A stretch of 64,000 nucleotides of DNA from Gemmatimonadaceae bacterium (GCA_051859245.1 JBHYGA010000005.1:904422-968421); one strand, 5' to 3'. Counted from the first letter of the stretch, positions 28,231 through 38,798 are shown. Program-made: numbers and translations. The notes: generated from the sequence alone by a model not told the origin.

Positions 28231-30603
28231 TTGACGGTTGCCATATCCGCGAAGTCCGAGCCTGCGTCTGCCGAAGCCGAGTCCTTGGGCGACCGCGAGA
28301 GCGCCGCGTTCCCCAAGGCTGCTCGCGTGTCGCTTGGATCCGTCCCCGTTGCGGCGGCGCTACTGGATGCGCACGGGCGAGTGGTCGACTGCAACGACGC
28401 GTTTCTCGACACCTTCCGCATGTCGTCGGATGCGCGGCACGGCCTGCGATTCAGCGACTGCTTTGGCGTCGATACCGATGTCGACGCGGCGACACGAGTG
28501 CACGCGGCCATCACGCAGGGTGGAATGTTCGTTGGAGAGCTGCTGTGCTATACGCGCACTGGTTCACTGTTCTGGAACGACCTGACCGTGGTGCCCGTCG
28601 AACGTACGAGTGCTGACGCTGCGGTGGCGCTTGTACTTGTGCGTGACGTGACCGCCCGTCGCACCGCGGCCTCTGTGCTGGGATCAACCAGTTCGGCTGA
28701 TCGCCTGTTGCTGGACCGCATTCAAGCTGGCGTCGTCGTGCATTCTGCGAACACAGATATTCTGTATGCCAACGCCAAGGCCAACGAACTGTTGGGTGTA
28801 TCGCACGAAGCCGCACTCGGCGCAGTAAACAGTGATGCGCGTTGGTCATTCGTGCGCGAAGACGGCTCAGACATGCCGGTCGATGAGTATCCGGTCGCCA
28901 AGTGTCTGTTCACGGGCGAGGCGATCCGTGACCTCACGGTTGGCGTGAAACGTGTGAACGACAGCAAGCTGCTCTGGCTGCTGGGCAATGCGTATCCCGT
29001 GCGTGATGCAGACGGACGCATTGCGGAAATTGTGGTCAGTTTCACGGACATTACCGAACTCAAGCAGGCCGAACGCGCGCTGGGCAAGTCGGAAGAACGA
29101 CTGCGCTACGTGTTGCAGGGAAGCAAGGACGGTTGGTGGGACTTGGATATCGAGACAGACGCGCTGTACTACAGCCCAAGTTGGTGGGCGATGCTCGGGT
29201 ACCAGATGGAGGAGTTGCCGGTGGATTCGTCCACCTGGGTTCGTCAGCTGCATCCAGACGACAAGTCCCGCGCGCTTTCACAGCTGCAGAGTTGGCTGGA
29301 TGCGGATCGTGATTCGTTCGAGTTTGAGTTTCGACTGCGACATAAAGACGGCCACTATGTGCGCGTCCTGTGCCGTGGATTTGTCTTGCGCGATCACGAC
29401 GGCCGTCCGCTGCGCGTTTCGGGTACCAACACCGACATCACCGAGCGACATGCACTTGAGGAGCGACTGCAGCAGTCGCAGAAAATGGAAGCGATCGGTC
29501 AGCTCGCCGGCGGTGTGGCGCACGACTTCAACAATCTGCTCGCCGTGATCGTGGGCAATCTGGAGTTGATCGACGAGGCAGAAACCGGCAGTGCCGATGC
29601 GCGGGTTGGATTGGCGGATGCGATGTCCGCGGCGCAGCGTGGCGCGGATCTCACGCATCGCCTGCTCGCCTTTTCGCGCCGACAGCCGATGCAGGCGACT
29701 ACCGTGGAGACGGGACGCGTGGTGCAGGGACTCAGCTCAGTGTTACGTCGCATCATTGCGGAGTCCATCAATGTGCACGTAGACGTTGCCCCCTCGCTTC
29801 CTGCTATTCGCATCGATGGCAGTCTGCTGGAGAATGCCTTGCTGAATCTCGCGATCAACGCGCGAGACGCGATGCCATCGGGTGGCGCCTTGCGCATCAG
29901 CGCTGCGTTGGTCGAGATCGAGGAGCACACCGACTCCGAACTTGCGCCTGGCGAGTACGTACACATCTCCGTGGTGGACACCGGCTCGGGGATGACCGAG
30001 GAAGTGCGCCGTCGTGCCATGGAGCCGTTCTTTACGACCAAGCCTGCAGGGAGCGGCACCGGACTTGGGCTCAGTATGGTCTACGCGTTTGTAAAGCAGT
30101 CGGGCGGTGGCATGCGCATTCACTCGCAAGTCGGCCAAGGCACCACGATTCACTTGTATCTTCCAGCCGTTGCGAACGCGGACGAAATCGCGATGCGAGT
30201 CGCCGAGTTGTCGCCCAAAGAACTGCGGGGCAATGGCGAAGTCGTGCTGGTTGTTGAGGACGATGCAAGCGTGCGCCGACTGTGTGTGCGCTCGCTCTCG
30301 GCACTCAACTATCAGGCGGTGCCCGCATGCGACGGACCCGATGCCCTCGCGGTGCTCGAATGCACGCCGGGTGTGCGGGTGTTGCTCACTGATATGGTGA
30401 TGCCGAACGGGATGAGCGGCAAACAGCTCGCCGACGCGGTGCAGGCGCGGTGGCCCGACGTGCGCGTGGTGTATATGTCAGGCTACACCGCCAACATGTT
30501 GAACGTAGAACAAGCCGACGCCCCTCCGCTGCTGAGCAAACCCTTTTCCAGCGCCGAACTGGGCCGTGTGTTGCGCGAGACGCTTAGGGGTGCAACGACA
30601 TAG
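28231..30603 (+). CDS. multi-PAS hybrid histidine kinase with a C-terminal receiver domain
   Basis: Three PAS/PAC domains; AHDFNNLL H-box; NARDAM, DTGSGM, PFFTTK and GTGLGL motifs; receiver VEDD...TDMVMP...KPF. Start is uncertain. Confidence 0.93.
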   Translation: MTVAISAKSEPASAEAESLGDRESAAFPKAARVSLGSVPVAAALLDAHGRVVDCNDAFLDTFRMSSDARHGLRFSDCFGVDTDVDAATRVHAAITQGGMFVGELLCYTRTGSLFWNDLTVVPVERTSADAAVALVLVRDVTARRTAASVLGSTSSADRLLLDRIQAGVVVHSANTDILYANAKANELLGVSHEAALGAVNSDARWSFVREDGSDMPVDEYPVAKCLFTGEAIRDLTVGVKRVNDSKLLWLLGNAYPVRDADGRIAEIVVSFTDITELKQAERALGKSEERLRYVLQGSKDGWWDLDIETDALYYSPSWWAMLGYQMEELPVDSSTWVRQLHPDDKSRALSQLQSWLDADRDSFEFEFRLRHKDGHYVRVLCRGFVLRDHDGRPLRVSGTNTDITERHALEERLQQSQKMEAIGQLAGGVAHDFNNLLAVIVGNLELIDEAETGSADARVGLADAMSAAQRGADLTHRLLAFSRRQPMQATTVETGRVVQGLSSVLRRIIAESINVHVDVAPSLPAIRIDGSLLENALLNLAINARDAMPSGGALRISAALVEIEEHTDSELAPGEYVHISVVDTGSGMTEEVRRRAMEPFFTTKPAGSGTGLGLSMVYAFVKQSGGGMRIHSQVGQGTTIHLYLPAVANADEIAMRVAELSPKELRGNGEVVLVVEDDASVRRLCVRSLSALNYQAVPACDGPDALAVLECTPGVRVLLTDMVMPNGMSGKQLADAVQARWPDVRVVYMSGYTANMLNVEQADAPPLLSKPFSSAELGRVLRETLRGATT

Positions 30604-30614
30604 CGCTGCACCCC
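30587..30614. terminator. hairpin between convergent genes (possible terminator)
   Basis: GGGGTGCAACG-ACATAG-CGCTGCACCCC; no U-tract. Confidence 0.35.
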
Positions 30615-30647
30615 GCGTGGCCCAGTGATCGTGAACGAAACGCGAAC

Positions 30648-31346
30648 TCAGTTGTCCGCGAGGATCACACTTTCCAGCGGCGCGCCGCTGCCCGTCTTTT
30701 CGACCGCGGCAATGGTGCGGATCTTTCCGGCGGCGACCTGCACATTGTTGATCGTCAGCACCGGCGTCTTTGTGCCCGCTGTTGTCATGATCACCACGAA
30801 CGTACCGGCATCACGCACGATGTAGTCCGACGCCGTTTTCTCGGCGAGATTCGCCCGGGCCGGCGTTGCATTGGCCAACTCGTTCGCGTTGGCCAAAATG
30901 TACACATCAACCGCGCCAGCACCGACCGCTGCATGCACTGCCCGCAACTTCACTTTTCCGGCGGCGGGCACGGTATTGTTGTCAGTCAGAATGAAAGACT
31001 GAGGTGCCGCCTCGGTCCCAGCGGCGAACACCGTGTAGTCAACCGCGTTGGCAACCGTTTGGTTTGCGGTGAGCAAGTCCGTCGCTACGCCGGCCTTGCG
31101 GAACTTCACCGCAGTGGCGCCGGTCGCGATGCTGCGATACCCGTCGCTCGACTTGTACGCAAGATTCGTTTTGTAGCTGGTGGTGTTGAGCAACACATCC
31201 ACGCCCGTCACATTGCTCACGGCGTGCACCGCACGAATGCGGCCGGTATTGGACGGCCCTGACGGATCGTCATCACACGCCGCCAGCGCGGCAACGGCAG
31301 TGACGGCAAGCACACTACGGGCGATACTGCGAAACGATAAACGCAT
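30648..31346 (-). CDS. DUF4397-like lipoprotein
   Basis: Lipobox LAAC-DDD; two repeats of the R.VHA...VDV pattern; GGAG RBS. Confidence 0.8.
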   Translation of the reverse strand: MRLSFRSIARSVLAVTAVAALAACDDDPSGPSNTGRIRAVHAVSNVTGVDVLLNTTSYKTNLAYKSSDGYRSIATGATAVKFRKAGVATDLLTANQTVANAVDYTVFAAGTEAAPQSFILTDNNTVPAAGKVKLRAVHAAVGAGAVDVYILANANELANATPARANLAEKTASDYIVRDAGTFVVIMTTAGTKTPVLTINNVQVAAGKIRTIAAVEKTGSGAPLESVILADN

Positions 31347-31428
31347 GACAGACTCCGTGAAGAAAGGGAAATCACAACGCACCTCGCGTTGCCATCTTCA
31401 CGGCATTACTTGTCGACCTAATCGCGCA

Positions 31429-32334
31429 TCACAACTTCCGCACGCGTGCTTTCCGCCACCCCCAAACTCCAATCGCCAGCAGCGCGATGGTTGGAATGAT
31501 GATGCCAAGCATCGCAATGAAGCCGGCCACAAATCCAACAAAATTTCGCCATGCCGCGCGTACCGCATTAAGCAGTACATTGTCTCCCGCCGATGGGTTC
31601 ATGAGCGGCGCGGGTTCGTGGACCGTCACGTTGAGCGTGCTGATCGCCACGCGTGATTGCAGGTAGCGAATGCGCCCCGTATACCGTTCGATTTCTTCGC
31701 GCACGCGCGCGAGCTCCCGTTCCACAGCGAGCACGTCTTCAAGCTTGCCGGCGCGGGTGGCAAGCAGGTTCACCATTCGCTCCTCCAGTCGACGCGCATT
31801 GGCAACACGCGCGTTCACATCGACAAACTCCTCACCGACATCTTCGGCGGTTGATGAGATTGACTCGATGTTACCAAGCGACTCCAGTCCGGCGAGTGCG
31901 GAGTCGAACCGCGCGGCCGGAATCTTGAGTTCGATCGTGGCGCTACGCCCCTGGTACTCGGCCGCCGAAAGCGATGAGTTGCCAACGTAGCCGCCATACC
32001 GCGTGGCGAGCGCCTGCACCGCGCGAATCGCCAGCTCGAGTGAATCCACTTCAAGCGTCGCGGCCCCATTGCGGATGATCATGCTGGGAGCAATCACCGT
32101 GCTCGCGGACGCATTACCCGGCGTAGACTGCGCCAAGGCGTCTGCGTTCCCCGCCGGCCCGGCGCTCTTGGAGAGACTCACCGGAGCAGGCGACGACATC
32201 ACGGCAAGTTCCTCGGCGCCAGACGAGGGTGATGCGCTGATGGGCACCTGAACGTCGTCACCGCACGCGCTGAGGGCGAATGCGATGACGCCGAACGCAA
32301 CGATACGCGTCGTGGTTGCTGAAGCAGTGTGCAT
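31429..32334 (-). CDS. DUF4349-like lipoprotein with a C-terminal TM helix
   Basis: Lipobox LSAC; MIIRNG, GGYV, EDVGEEFVD and LAVERELARVREEIE motifs. Confidence 0.82.
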   Translation of the reverse strand: MHTASATTTRIVAFGVIAFALSACGDDVQVPISASPSSGAEELAVMSSPAPVSLSKSAGPAGNADALAQSTPGNASASTVIAPSMIIRNGAATLEVDSLELAIRAVQALATRYGGYVGNSSLSAAEYQGRSATIELKIPAARFDSALAGLESLGNIESISSTAEDVGEEFVDVNARVANARRLEERMVNLLATRAGKLEDVLAVERELARVREEIERYTGRIRYLQSRVAISTLNVTVHEPAPLMNPSAGDNVLLNAVRAAWRNFVGFVAGFIAMLGIIIPTIALLAIGVWGWRKARVRKL

Positions 32335-32376
32335 GGTGTGGAGAGGGGTGAAGCGCGACGAGCGAAGCACGACGTG

Positions 32377-33687
32377 CTACACCGCGGGCAACACCTTTGG
32401 ATCCCACACCTTTTCGGACTTGGCAATAAAGGTGGTCGCCACAAGATCTCCCGTCACGTTCACCGTGGTGCGAGCCATGTCGAGAATGCGATCCACGCCG
32501 AGAATCAGCGCAATGCCTTCACCCGGAACACCGAACATGGCAAGAATGCCGATCAGCAGCGGCAGCGAACCGCCCGGCACGCCGGCCGCTCCAACGGCCG
32601 TGATCACGCACATCACCATCACGATGGCCTGATCGCCCAGTGACAGCGACACGCCAAACACTTGCGCGAGGAACAGCACCGTCACGCCCTCAAAGAGTGA
32701 TGTGCCGTTCATGTTCATCGTGGCGCCGAGTGGCAGCACAAAGCCAGCGATCTGAGGCGGTACACCGAGCCGCTGCTCGGCGCAGGCGATGCTCGTAGGG
32801 AGCGTTCCGTTGCTGGAGCTCGTTGAAAACGCCGTAATCATCGGCGAACGCACGCGCGAGAAGAAGGCCAGCGGAGACATACCCACGAGGCCGCGCAGCA
32901 ACAGGCTGTAGTTCACTACAACGTGCAGCAGCAACGAGAGCAGCACGACAACCACATACACGGCGAGTGGTTTGAGCAGTGCCAGACCGAAACGCGAGGT
33001 AACGCCGAACACGAGTCCGGCCACGCCGTAGGGCGCGATCTTCATGGCGAAGTCAACGATCTTGAGCACCACATCGTTCAGCGCCTCGAGCACGCCGATC
33101 ATGAGTTTGGCGCGATCCGATGCGATGAGCGTAAGCGCTGCGCCAAACACGATGCCGAAGAAAATGATGCCGAGCAAATCGAGATCGACCGCTGACTTGA
33201 TCGGGTTGCGCGTGACGATGTTGACGACGGTCTGCACGCCAAACGTGCTCTGCTCCGCGGCCTGCATTCGAGTAGCGGCGTCTCCCGCGTACGTCTCAAG
33301 TAGCTGAGTTCGTACTTCCGGTGTGATGCGAGTGCCGGGCTTGAAAATCTGCACCATCAGCAGTCCAACACTGACCGAAAGCGCAGTCGTCACCAGGAAG
33401 AAACCGAGTGTCTTGGCCCCGATCCGCCCGACGCGCCGCAGGTCGCCCAAGCCGGCCACACCGAGTGTGATTGACGCGAACACCAGCGGTACAACAATCA
33501 TGAACAGCAGGTTGAGAAAAATCGCACCGATTGGTCCCGCAACGTATTTGTTCGCGCCCGCGACAAACGGATGCGTTCCGCCAAGCGTGAGATTGCAGAT
33601 CACGCCAATGACCGCGCCCAGCAACAGGCCGCCGAGAATTTTGGTGTGTAGCGGAATTCCACGTGACTCGTGGGAGGAAGCGCTCAT
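32377..33687 (-). CDS. dicarboxylate/amino acid:cation symporter (DAACS, GltP-like)
   Basis: AFSTSSSNGTLP, PLGATMNMNG, GAAGVPGG and DRILDMARTTVNVTGD motifs. Confidence 0.95.
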   Translation of the reverse strand: MSASSHESRGIPLHTKILGGLLLGAVIGVICNLTLGGTHPFVAGANKYVAGPIGAIFLNLLFMIVVPLVFASITLGVAGLGDLRRVGRIGAKTLGFFLVTTALSVSVGLLMVQIFKPGTRITPEVRTQLLETYAGDAATRMQAAEQSTFGVQTVVNIVTRNPIKSAVDLDLLGIIFFGIVFGAALTLIASDRAKLMIGVLEALNDVVLKIVDFAMKIAPYGVAGLVFGVTSRFGLALLKPLAVYVVVVLLSLLLHVVVNYSLLLRGLVGMSPLAFFSRVRSPMITAFSTSSSNGTLPTSIACAEQRLGVPPQIAGFVLPLGATMNMNGTSLFEGVTVLFLAQVFGVSLSLGDQAIVMVMCVITAVGAAGVPGGSLPLLIGILAMFGVPGEGIALILGVDRILDMARTTVNVTGDLVATTFIAKSEKVWDPKVLPAV

Positions 33688-35249
33688 CGGATACCAGCCT
33701 CAGGTGAATGCGAGCCAGATGCACGGCGGCCTGCCACACTGTGGCGACGGCCGTAGAAGAAGTAGATGGCCAGCCCGATCGCCAACCACGCGATCAGTCG
33801 TTCCCACGCCTCAATCGGAAGACGTGACATCAAATACACACACACCGCAATGCCGAGGATCGGCACCAACGGCACAAACGGCGTACGAAATGGACGCGCA
33901 CGGTTTGGCTCTTTCACGCGCAAATACCAGACACCACCGCACACGATGGCAAATGCCAGCAATGTCCCGATAGAAACGAGATGTCCGAGAGTTGAGACGT
34001 CGTACAAACCGGCCAGCAGCGCGCACACCACGCCGGTTAACGCACTGGAGATGTGCGGCGTTCGAAAGGTTGGATGGAGCCGCCCGAAGATAGGGGGAAG
34101 CAGCCCATCGCGCGACATGGTGTAGAAAATGCGAGGCTGACTCATCAGCATCACCAGCATCACCGAGGAAAGACCGGCGATTGCGCCCAGTTTGATGAGT
34201 GACGCGAGCCACGTGAATCCGGTTGCCTCGATCGCGACGGCGATCGGCTCCGCCACGTTGAGCTCGGGGTACGGCACGATGGCCGTCATGATCGCCGATA
34301 CGAGGATATACAGCAACGTACAGACGAACAGGGAGCCAAGAATGCCAATCGGCATATCACGCTGCGGGTTCTTCGCTTCCTGTGCCGTCGTGGACACCGC
34401 GTCAAACCCGATGTACGCAAAGAAAATCACGCCGGCGGCCGCCACGATCCCGTCCAATCCAAAAGCCCGTGGGCCCGTGGCCGTCGGGATGAACGGCGTC
34501 CAGTTTGCAATGGCCTGATCCATGTGCGTGAACACGAAGTAGCCACCCGCACCGATGAAGAGAAAGACCACGGCGAGTTTGATGATCACCGCCACATTGT
34601 TGAATCGTGCGGACTCCTTGATCCCCCGGATCAGCAGCACGGTCATCGCGAAGACGCCGAGCGCGGCGATGATGTTGAATCCGCCCTGCGCCTGGGGAAG
34701 GGTGTCGATGTTGACTCCTTGCGCCGCAAGCGATTGCGCCAGCTCTTCCGTGCGGCGCACCCAACTGTCCGAGCCCGGTGGCTGGATCAGCGCGCCCGGC
34801 GCGTTGCTCAGGCTTGGAGGCAGCACCACGCCGATGTCTTTCAGGAACGAGTTCACGTAGCCTGACCATCCGGCAGCAACTGTTGCCGCGCCGAAGAGGT
34901 ACTCGAGGATCAGATCCCAGCCGATGATCCAGGCAATAAGCTCGCCCAGCGTGGCGTAGCCGTACGTATACGCGGAACCAGCCACGGGGATCATGGCGGC
35001 GAACTCAGCGTAACACAGACCCGCGAATACGCATCCCGTTCCGGCGAGCAAAAAGGCCAGCACGATGGCGGGCCCCGCATGCTGCGCCGCTGCCGTACCC
35101 GTCAGCACAAAAATTCCGGTACCGATAATGGCGCCGATGCCGAGCGTCACGAGGTTGAGCGGACCAAGCGATCGTTTGAGCGCGTGCTGGCCCTCGGCGG
35201 TTGCGTCGCCCTGCAACTCGTCGATTGATTTTCGGACAAAAAGACTCAT
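33684..35249 (-). CDS. APC family amino acid permease (cationic amino acid transporter-like)
   Basis: GIGAIIGTGIFV, YAEFA, GSAYTY, FAYIGFDAV and SRDGLLP motifs. Confidence 0.95.
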   Translation of the reverse strand: MSLFVRKSIDELQGDATAEGQHALKRSLGPLNLVTLGIGAIIGTGIFVLTGTAAAQHAGPAIVLAFLLAGTGCVFAGLCYAEFAAMIPVAGSAYTYGYATLGELIAWIIGWDLILEYLFGAATVAAGWSGYVNSFLKDIGVVLPPSLSNAPGALIQPPGSDSWVRRTEELAQSLAAQGVNIDTLPQAQGGFNIIAALGVFAMTVLLIRGIKESARFNNVAVIIKLAVVFLFIGAGGYFVFTHMDQAIANWTPFIPTATGPRAFGLDGIVAAAGVIFFAYIGFDAVSTTAQEAKNPQRDMPIGILGSLFVCTLLYILVSAIMTAIVPYPELNVAEPIAVAIEATGFTWLASLIKLGAIAGLSSVMLVMLMSQPRIFYTMSRDGLLPPIFGRLHPTFRTPHISSALTGVVCALLAGLYDVSTLGHLVSIGTLLAFAIVCGGVWYLRVKEPNRARPFRTPFVPLVPILGIAVCVYLMSRLPIEAWERLIAWLAIGLAIYFFYGRRHSVAGRRASGSHSPEAGIR

Positions 35250-35422
35250 GGAATCACATGCCTTGGTCGGATGAAGTCGTCGACGATGCCGACGAACCGT
35301 AGGCATTCACCTGCGTACGACAGCGCGACCTCACGTCATGTTGACGAGAGGCGGATTAACGGAGCGAGTGAATGCGGAGCGCGAGATCAACCCCAACGAC
35401 CTGGCGCGATGCGCGCAGGGCG

Positions 35423-35809
35423 CTAGGCGAGCGCCACTCGAGGCGGAGGGTTCGCATAGCGAACCACCTGTGCACCGGCCAGACGCCGGCATTGCACAAG
35501 ATCTGCCCAGCAACGGCGACCGCACGGCCCGCATGACATCGGCAGGTGCTTTCGCGTGACCGTGACGAACAATCCAGTCTGATCTCGTCCAATCCCGCGC
35601 TGTTCGGTCGAGAGCAGCTCAATGCGTTCCGACTCGCGGAGGTCTGACGACGGCCGGTTATTCGACGCGCTGACGGTCGGCACAGGCGCGTTCGCCTGAC
35701 CCTCTCTTTGCCTTGCAACCGCAGATCCCAGACTGGCGTCTGCCCAAGCGAGCGTGAGCCATCCCAGACACAAGGCGAGCATCCAACGCTTACCCATCGC
35801 TCGCCTCAT
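35423..35809 (-). CDS. hypothetical exported or leader-type small protein
   Basis: Signal-like N-terminus MGKRWMLALCLGWLTLAWADA, a CGPC motif and C-terminal YANPPP. Coding status is uncertain. Confidence 0.35.
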   Translation of the reverse strand: MRRAMGKRWMLALCLGWLTLAWADASLGSAVARQREGQANAPVPTVSASNNRPSSDLRESERIELLSTEQRGIGRDQTGLFVTVTRKHLPMSCGPCGRRCWADLVQCRRLAGAQVVRYANPPPRVALA

Positions 35810-35934
35810 CGGTTGTTGGTGGTAGGGGGCGGCCACGCACGGCGCAGGGAACGCCGCAATAACGCCGACGGCCAGAAGCCACGCAAGGCGGGTGCCTCAG
35901 TGGCAATGAGCCGATTGATGCGTGAAGTTCCGGG

Positions 35935-36987
35935 ATGGCCCCTCACTTCCTGCCTGTCGATGCCCCGCTCGTGGACTATGAAACACAAGCGGCCAGGCTA
36001 CTCGATGAGCACGTTGGCAGTGCGGCGATGTCTCTTGACGACGCCCGCCTGGCCGTCGCGCGTGGCTACGGCTTCCGCGACTGGGCCGCGCTTTCGCGCA
36101 CGGTGCTCGACATGCAGCATCACGAGTCCGCCGTTCGGGCGTTCGAGCTGGCGGCCGACGCGGTCATCACGGGAGACATGGTCACCTTGTCGCGCATGCT
36201 GCACACGAATCCCGATCTCGTGCACGCACGCTCATCTCGCATCACATGTCATGACCCGGCCGTGCACGGCGCCACACTGCTGCACTACATCGCGGCGAAC
36301 GGCGTAGAGAACTATCGTCAGCGCTCTCCGACGAACGCCGTTGAGATCGCGCGCGTGCTGCTCGACGCCGGTGCCGGCGTCGATGCGCTGGCCGGACTGT
36401 ATGGCGGACAGTGCACCACGTTGAGCCTGCTGGTTTCGAGTTCGCCACCCGCGCGGGCCGGTGTACAGGTACCGCTGGTGCATGTACTTGCGGACTACGG
36501 CGCGAATCTGGACGGCGTGGGAGATTCTGCGTGGCGGTCACCACTGCACACCGCGCTCGTCTTCGGATTCACAGACGCCGCGCGGGCACTCGTGGCGCGC
36601 GGGTCGCGTGTTGATGCTTTAGCCATTGCCGCGGGGCTGGACGACCTCGAACGGTGCCTCGCAATGATGCCGCTGGCGAACGCGGATGAACGACACCGCG
36701 CGTTGGCGCTGGCCGTGGAGAATGATGCGCTCAACGTGCTGCACTACCTGCTGGACGCCGGCGAACGCCCGGATCGCTTCAATCCCACGGGCATGCACGC
36801 GCATCAGACGCCACTCCACAGCGCCGCGCTGCGCGGCAATCTCGCCATGGTTGAAATGCTACTGCAGTACGGCGCGTCAACGCACGCGGAAGACTTGCAG
36901 TGGCACGCCACGCCCATGGGATGGGCGCAGCATGCTGCTCAGTTACACATCATCGACTATTTGCGAACTCGACAGCGCGGCGCTTAA
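35935..36987 (+). CDS. ankyrin repeat protein
   Basis: ATLLHY, SPLHTA, TPLHSAALRGN and TPMGWA repeats; N-terminal ARGYGF.DW motif. Confidence 0.88.
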   Translation: MAPHFLPVDAPLVDYETQAARLLDEHVGSAAMSLDDARLAVARGYGFRDWAALSRTVLDMQHHESAVRAFELAADAVITGDMVTLSRMLHTNPDLVHARSSRITCHDPAVHGATLLHYIAANGVENYRQRSPTNAVEIARVLLDAGAGVDALAGLYGGQCTTLSLLVSSSPPARAGVQVPLVHVLADYGANLDGVGDSAWRSPLHTALVFGFTDAARALVARGSRVDALAIAAGLDDLERCLAMMPLANADERHRALALAVENDALNVLHYLLDAGERPDRFNPTGMHAHQTPLHSAALRGNLAMVEMLLQYGASTHAEDLQWHATPMGWAQHAAQLHIIDYLRTRQRGA

Positions 36988-37905
36988 CCCGTCCTTTTTC
37001 CACGGCATGAGTGGCGCGCTCATGCGATCGGCGAAATCGAGCGTCGTTACGGGCATGCCGAACGTGCGTTCGGCCTCCAGGGCGGCTCGCACGTCACCAC
37101 CCTGGCGGCGCGCCAGTCGCCGCAGGGCTTTGGCATTGCGAAGCGGCGCGTCACCACTCGGATCAAACCCGTACGGCTCGCTCGCATCCCACCGCACCAG
37201 CATGTCCATCACGTAGTTGAAGGAGCGCGAGAGATAGCGACTCACTTCCGCGTCACTCAAATCCCATCGGCTATTCTCGGAGATCAACTTGAAGACGCGC
37301 TGCCACGAGTCGGTGTCGGTCACGTGCACCATGCCGCGAAAGATGCGGCGGTTCGTTGGCGTGCCGAAAATTGTTGGCGCGAGAATACGATCGAGCAGCT
37401 GGTCCGCGCGACTGTGATCGATCGACAACAGCTCCCGCGCTCGTCGCGGCCACGCATCGCCGATGTGCGTGTCCACGCGACTTTCCCAATAACTGTGCCC
37501 AAGTGCGGCCGTGCTCGACGTAATGGCAAGCTGCCGCGGCACATAAAAGTTGTGCGCCACGACATCGGCCGCGAGGTGCGCGAGATAGCCTAGACTGAAC
37601 GCGCGCAACGCGCCATCCGGCGACTCGTCGTGAATCTCCAACCCCACGTTCCACGAATGACAGTGGCGCCCGACTGCCGCATACTTCTTGGCGATGCTGG
37701 TGTCGGCGGCGATCGAACCGTACAGAAAATCAGCGGGGAACGCCGCCAACAGTTCGGCGAGACGCGGTGTCAGAAAGTGCAGATGGCGCAGCACGGCGTC
37801 GCCGAGAAACACATGAGTGCCAGGCGTCCATGCCCAGGCGTCGGATGGCAGCAAAACGATCGCTACCACGGCGACAACAGCGCACGCGGCAAAGCGAACA
37901 ATCAC
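36943..37905 (-). CDS. zinc-dependent phospholipase C / S1-P1-like family protein (exported)
   Basis: Signal peptide ending AWA followed by mature WTPGTH; YGSIAAD, GYLAHLAADVVAHN and HSYWE motifs. Confidence 0.8.
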   Translation of the reverse strand: MIVRFAACAVVAVVAIVLLPSDAWAWTPGTHVFLGDAVLRHLHFLTPRLAELLAAFPADFLYGSIAADTSIAKKYAAVGRHCHSWNVGLEIHDESPDGALRAFSLGYLAHLAADVVAHNFYVPRQLAITSSTAALGHSYWESRVDTHIGDAWPRRARELLSIDHSRADQLLDRILAPTIFGTPTNRRIFRGMVHVTDTDSWQRVFKLISENSRWDLSDAEVSRYLSRSFNYVMDMLVRWDASEPYGFDPSGDAPLRNAKALRRLARRQGGDVRAALEAERTFGMPVTTLDFADRMSAPLMPWKKDGLSAALSSSQIVDDV

Positions 37906-38669
37906 GTGCGCTTCCGCTTCGGCGCGTCGGAGGTGTCATCGACCTCCAAATCGGTCAACGCATCCGGTTCCAGCTCAAGGTCGTACGCCTCGTCGTCTTC
38001 GTCGTCGAAGTCGTCAGCCTCGTCATCAAAATCGTCATCGTCGTCCCCTTCAAACGGATCCTCGTCGGGATCCTCCTCATCCTCGCCATCGGCGAGTTCG
38101 TCGTACAGCTCGTCGTCGTTGTCATCCGTAGGCGCGTCTTCTTCTTTTTCGCGGCCTCGCAGGCCCAGCACGGCGCCCAGGGCCACAGCGCCAACGCGCG
38201 CGCCGCGCAGTGTAGCGGCGGCAGAGAGTGCGGTGTCCTGCACTTCATCCTGCATCACATCAAGCAGTGCGTTCACGCTGTCAATGCGAGCCTCTGCGGC
38301 GTCCGACAGATCCAGCAATCGTTCGCTGACTTCAGACGTTGCATCGGCGATTTTGTCCACCTCACGACGCACCGTCTTCAGAATGTCACGTGCATCTTCG
38401 CTCGTGCGTGTGGCCTGCTGCAACAACGGTTTCGCGTCGGCAGCCAGTCGGTCGACGGTCGTTTGCAGCGAGATCACCGCTTGGCGCAGCGTGAGTGTCA
38501 TCGCGGCCATCGCGGCCAGCGCCACGAGTCCGACCACCAGCACCAGGATTTGAAGCGTTCCGCTGGCGTAGTCAAACGCAGTGCGTTGCGCCGGCATGGT
38601 CAGCGTGACGATTGTGTCACGTATCACACCAGACTGCAGCAGCGCGGAGAAGTCGAAGGGAAGGACCAT
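37902..38669 (-). CDS. membrane-anchored coiled-coil protein (DUF948-like) with a very acidic C-terminal tail
   Basis: One TM helix, amphipathic helical repeats and an Asp/Glu-rich tail of about 80 aa. Confidence 0.7.
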   Translation of the reverse strand: MVLPFDFSALLQSGVIRDTIVTLTMPAQRTAFDYASGTLQILVLVVGLVALAAMAAMTLTLRQAVISLQTTVDRLAADAKPLLQQATRTSEDARDILKTVRREVDKIADATSEVSERLLDLSDAAEARIDSVNALLDVMQDEVQDTALSAAATLRGARVGAVALGAVLGLRGREKEEDAPTDDNDDELYDELADGEDEEDPDEDPFEGDDDDDFDDEADDFDDEDDEAYDLELEPDALTDLEVDDTSDAPKRKRT

Positions 38670-38798
38670 ATCCGGATCGTACCCCGCACCGGTCACAGGG
38701 TCAAGCAATCCGTGGTGACATGCGTACATTATCTCCGTGCCAGGTGCCGCAGCGTTTCCTCGCGTGGCCATTCACCAACCGCTTCCATCCCAGCGTGC

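Noticed and set aside
37767..38798. Apparent 344-aa N-terminal extension of MurA (772-aa ORF)
   Set aside because: It is the antisense of the acidic-tail gene; MurA homology starts at ATG 38799.
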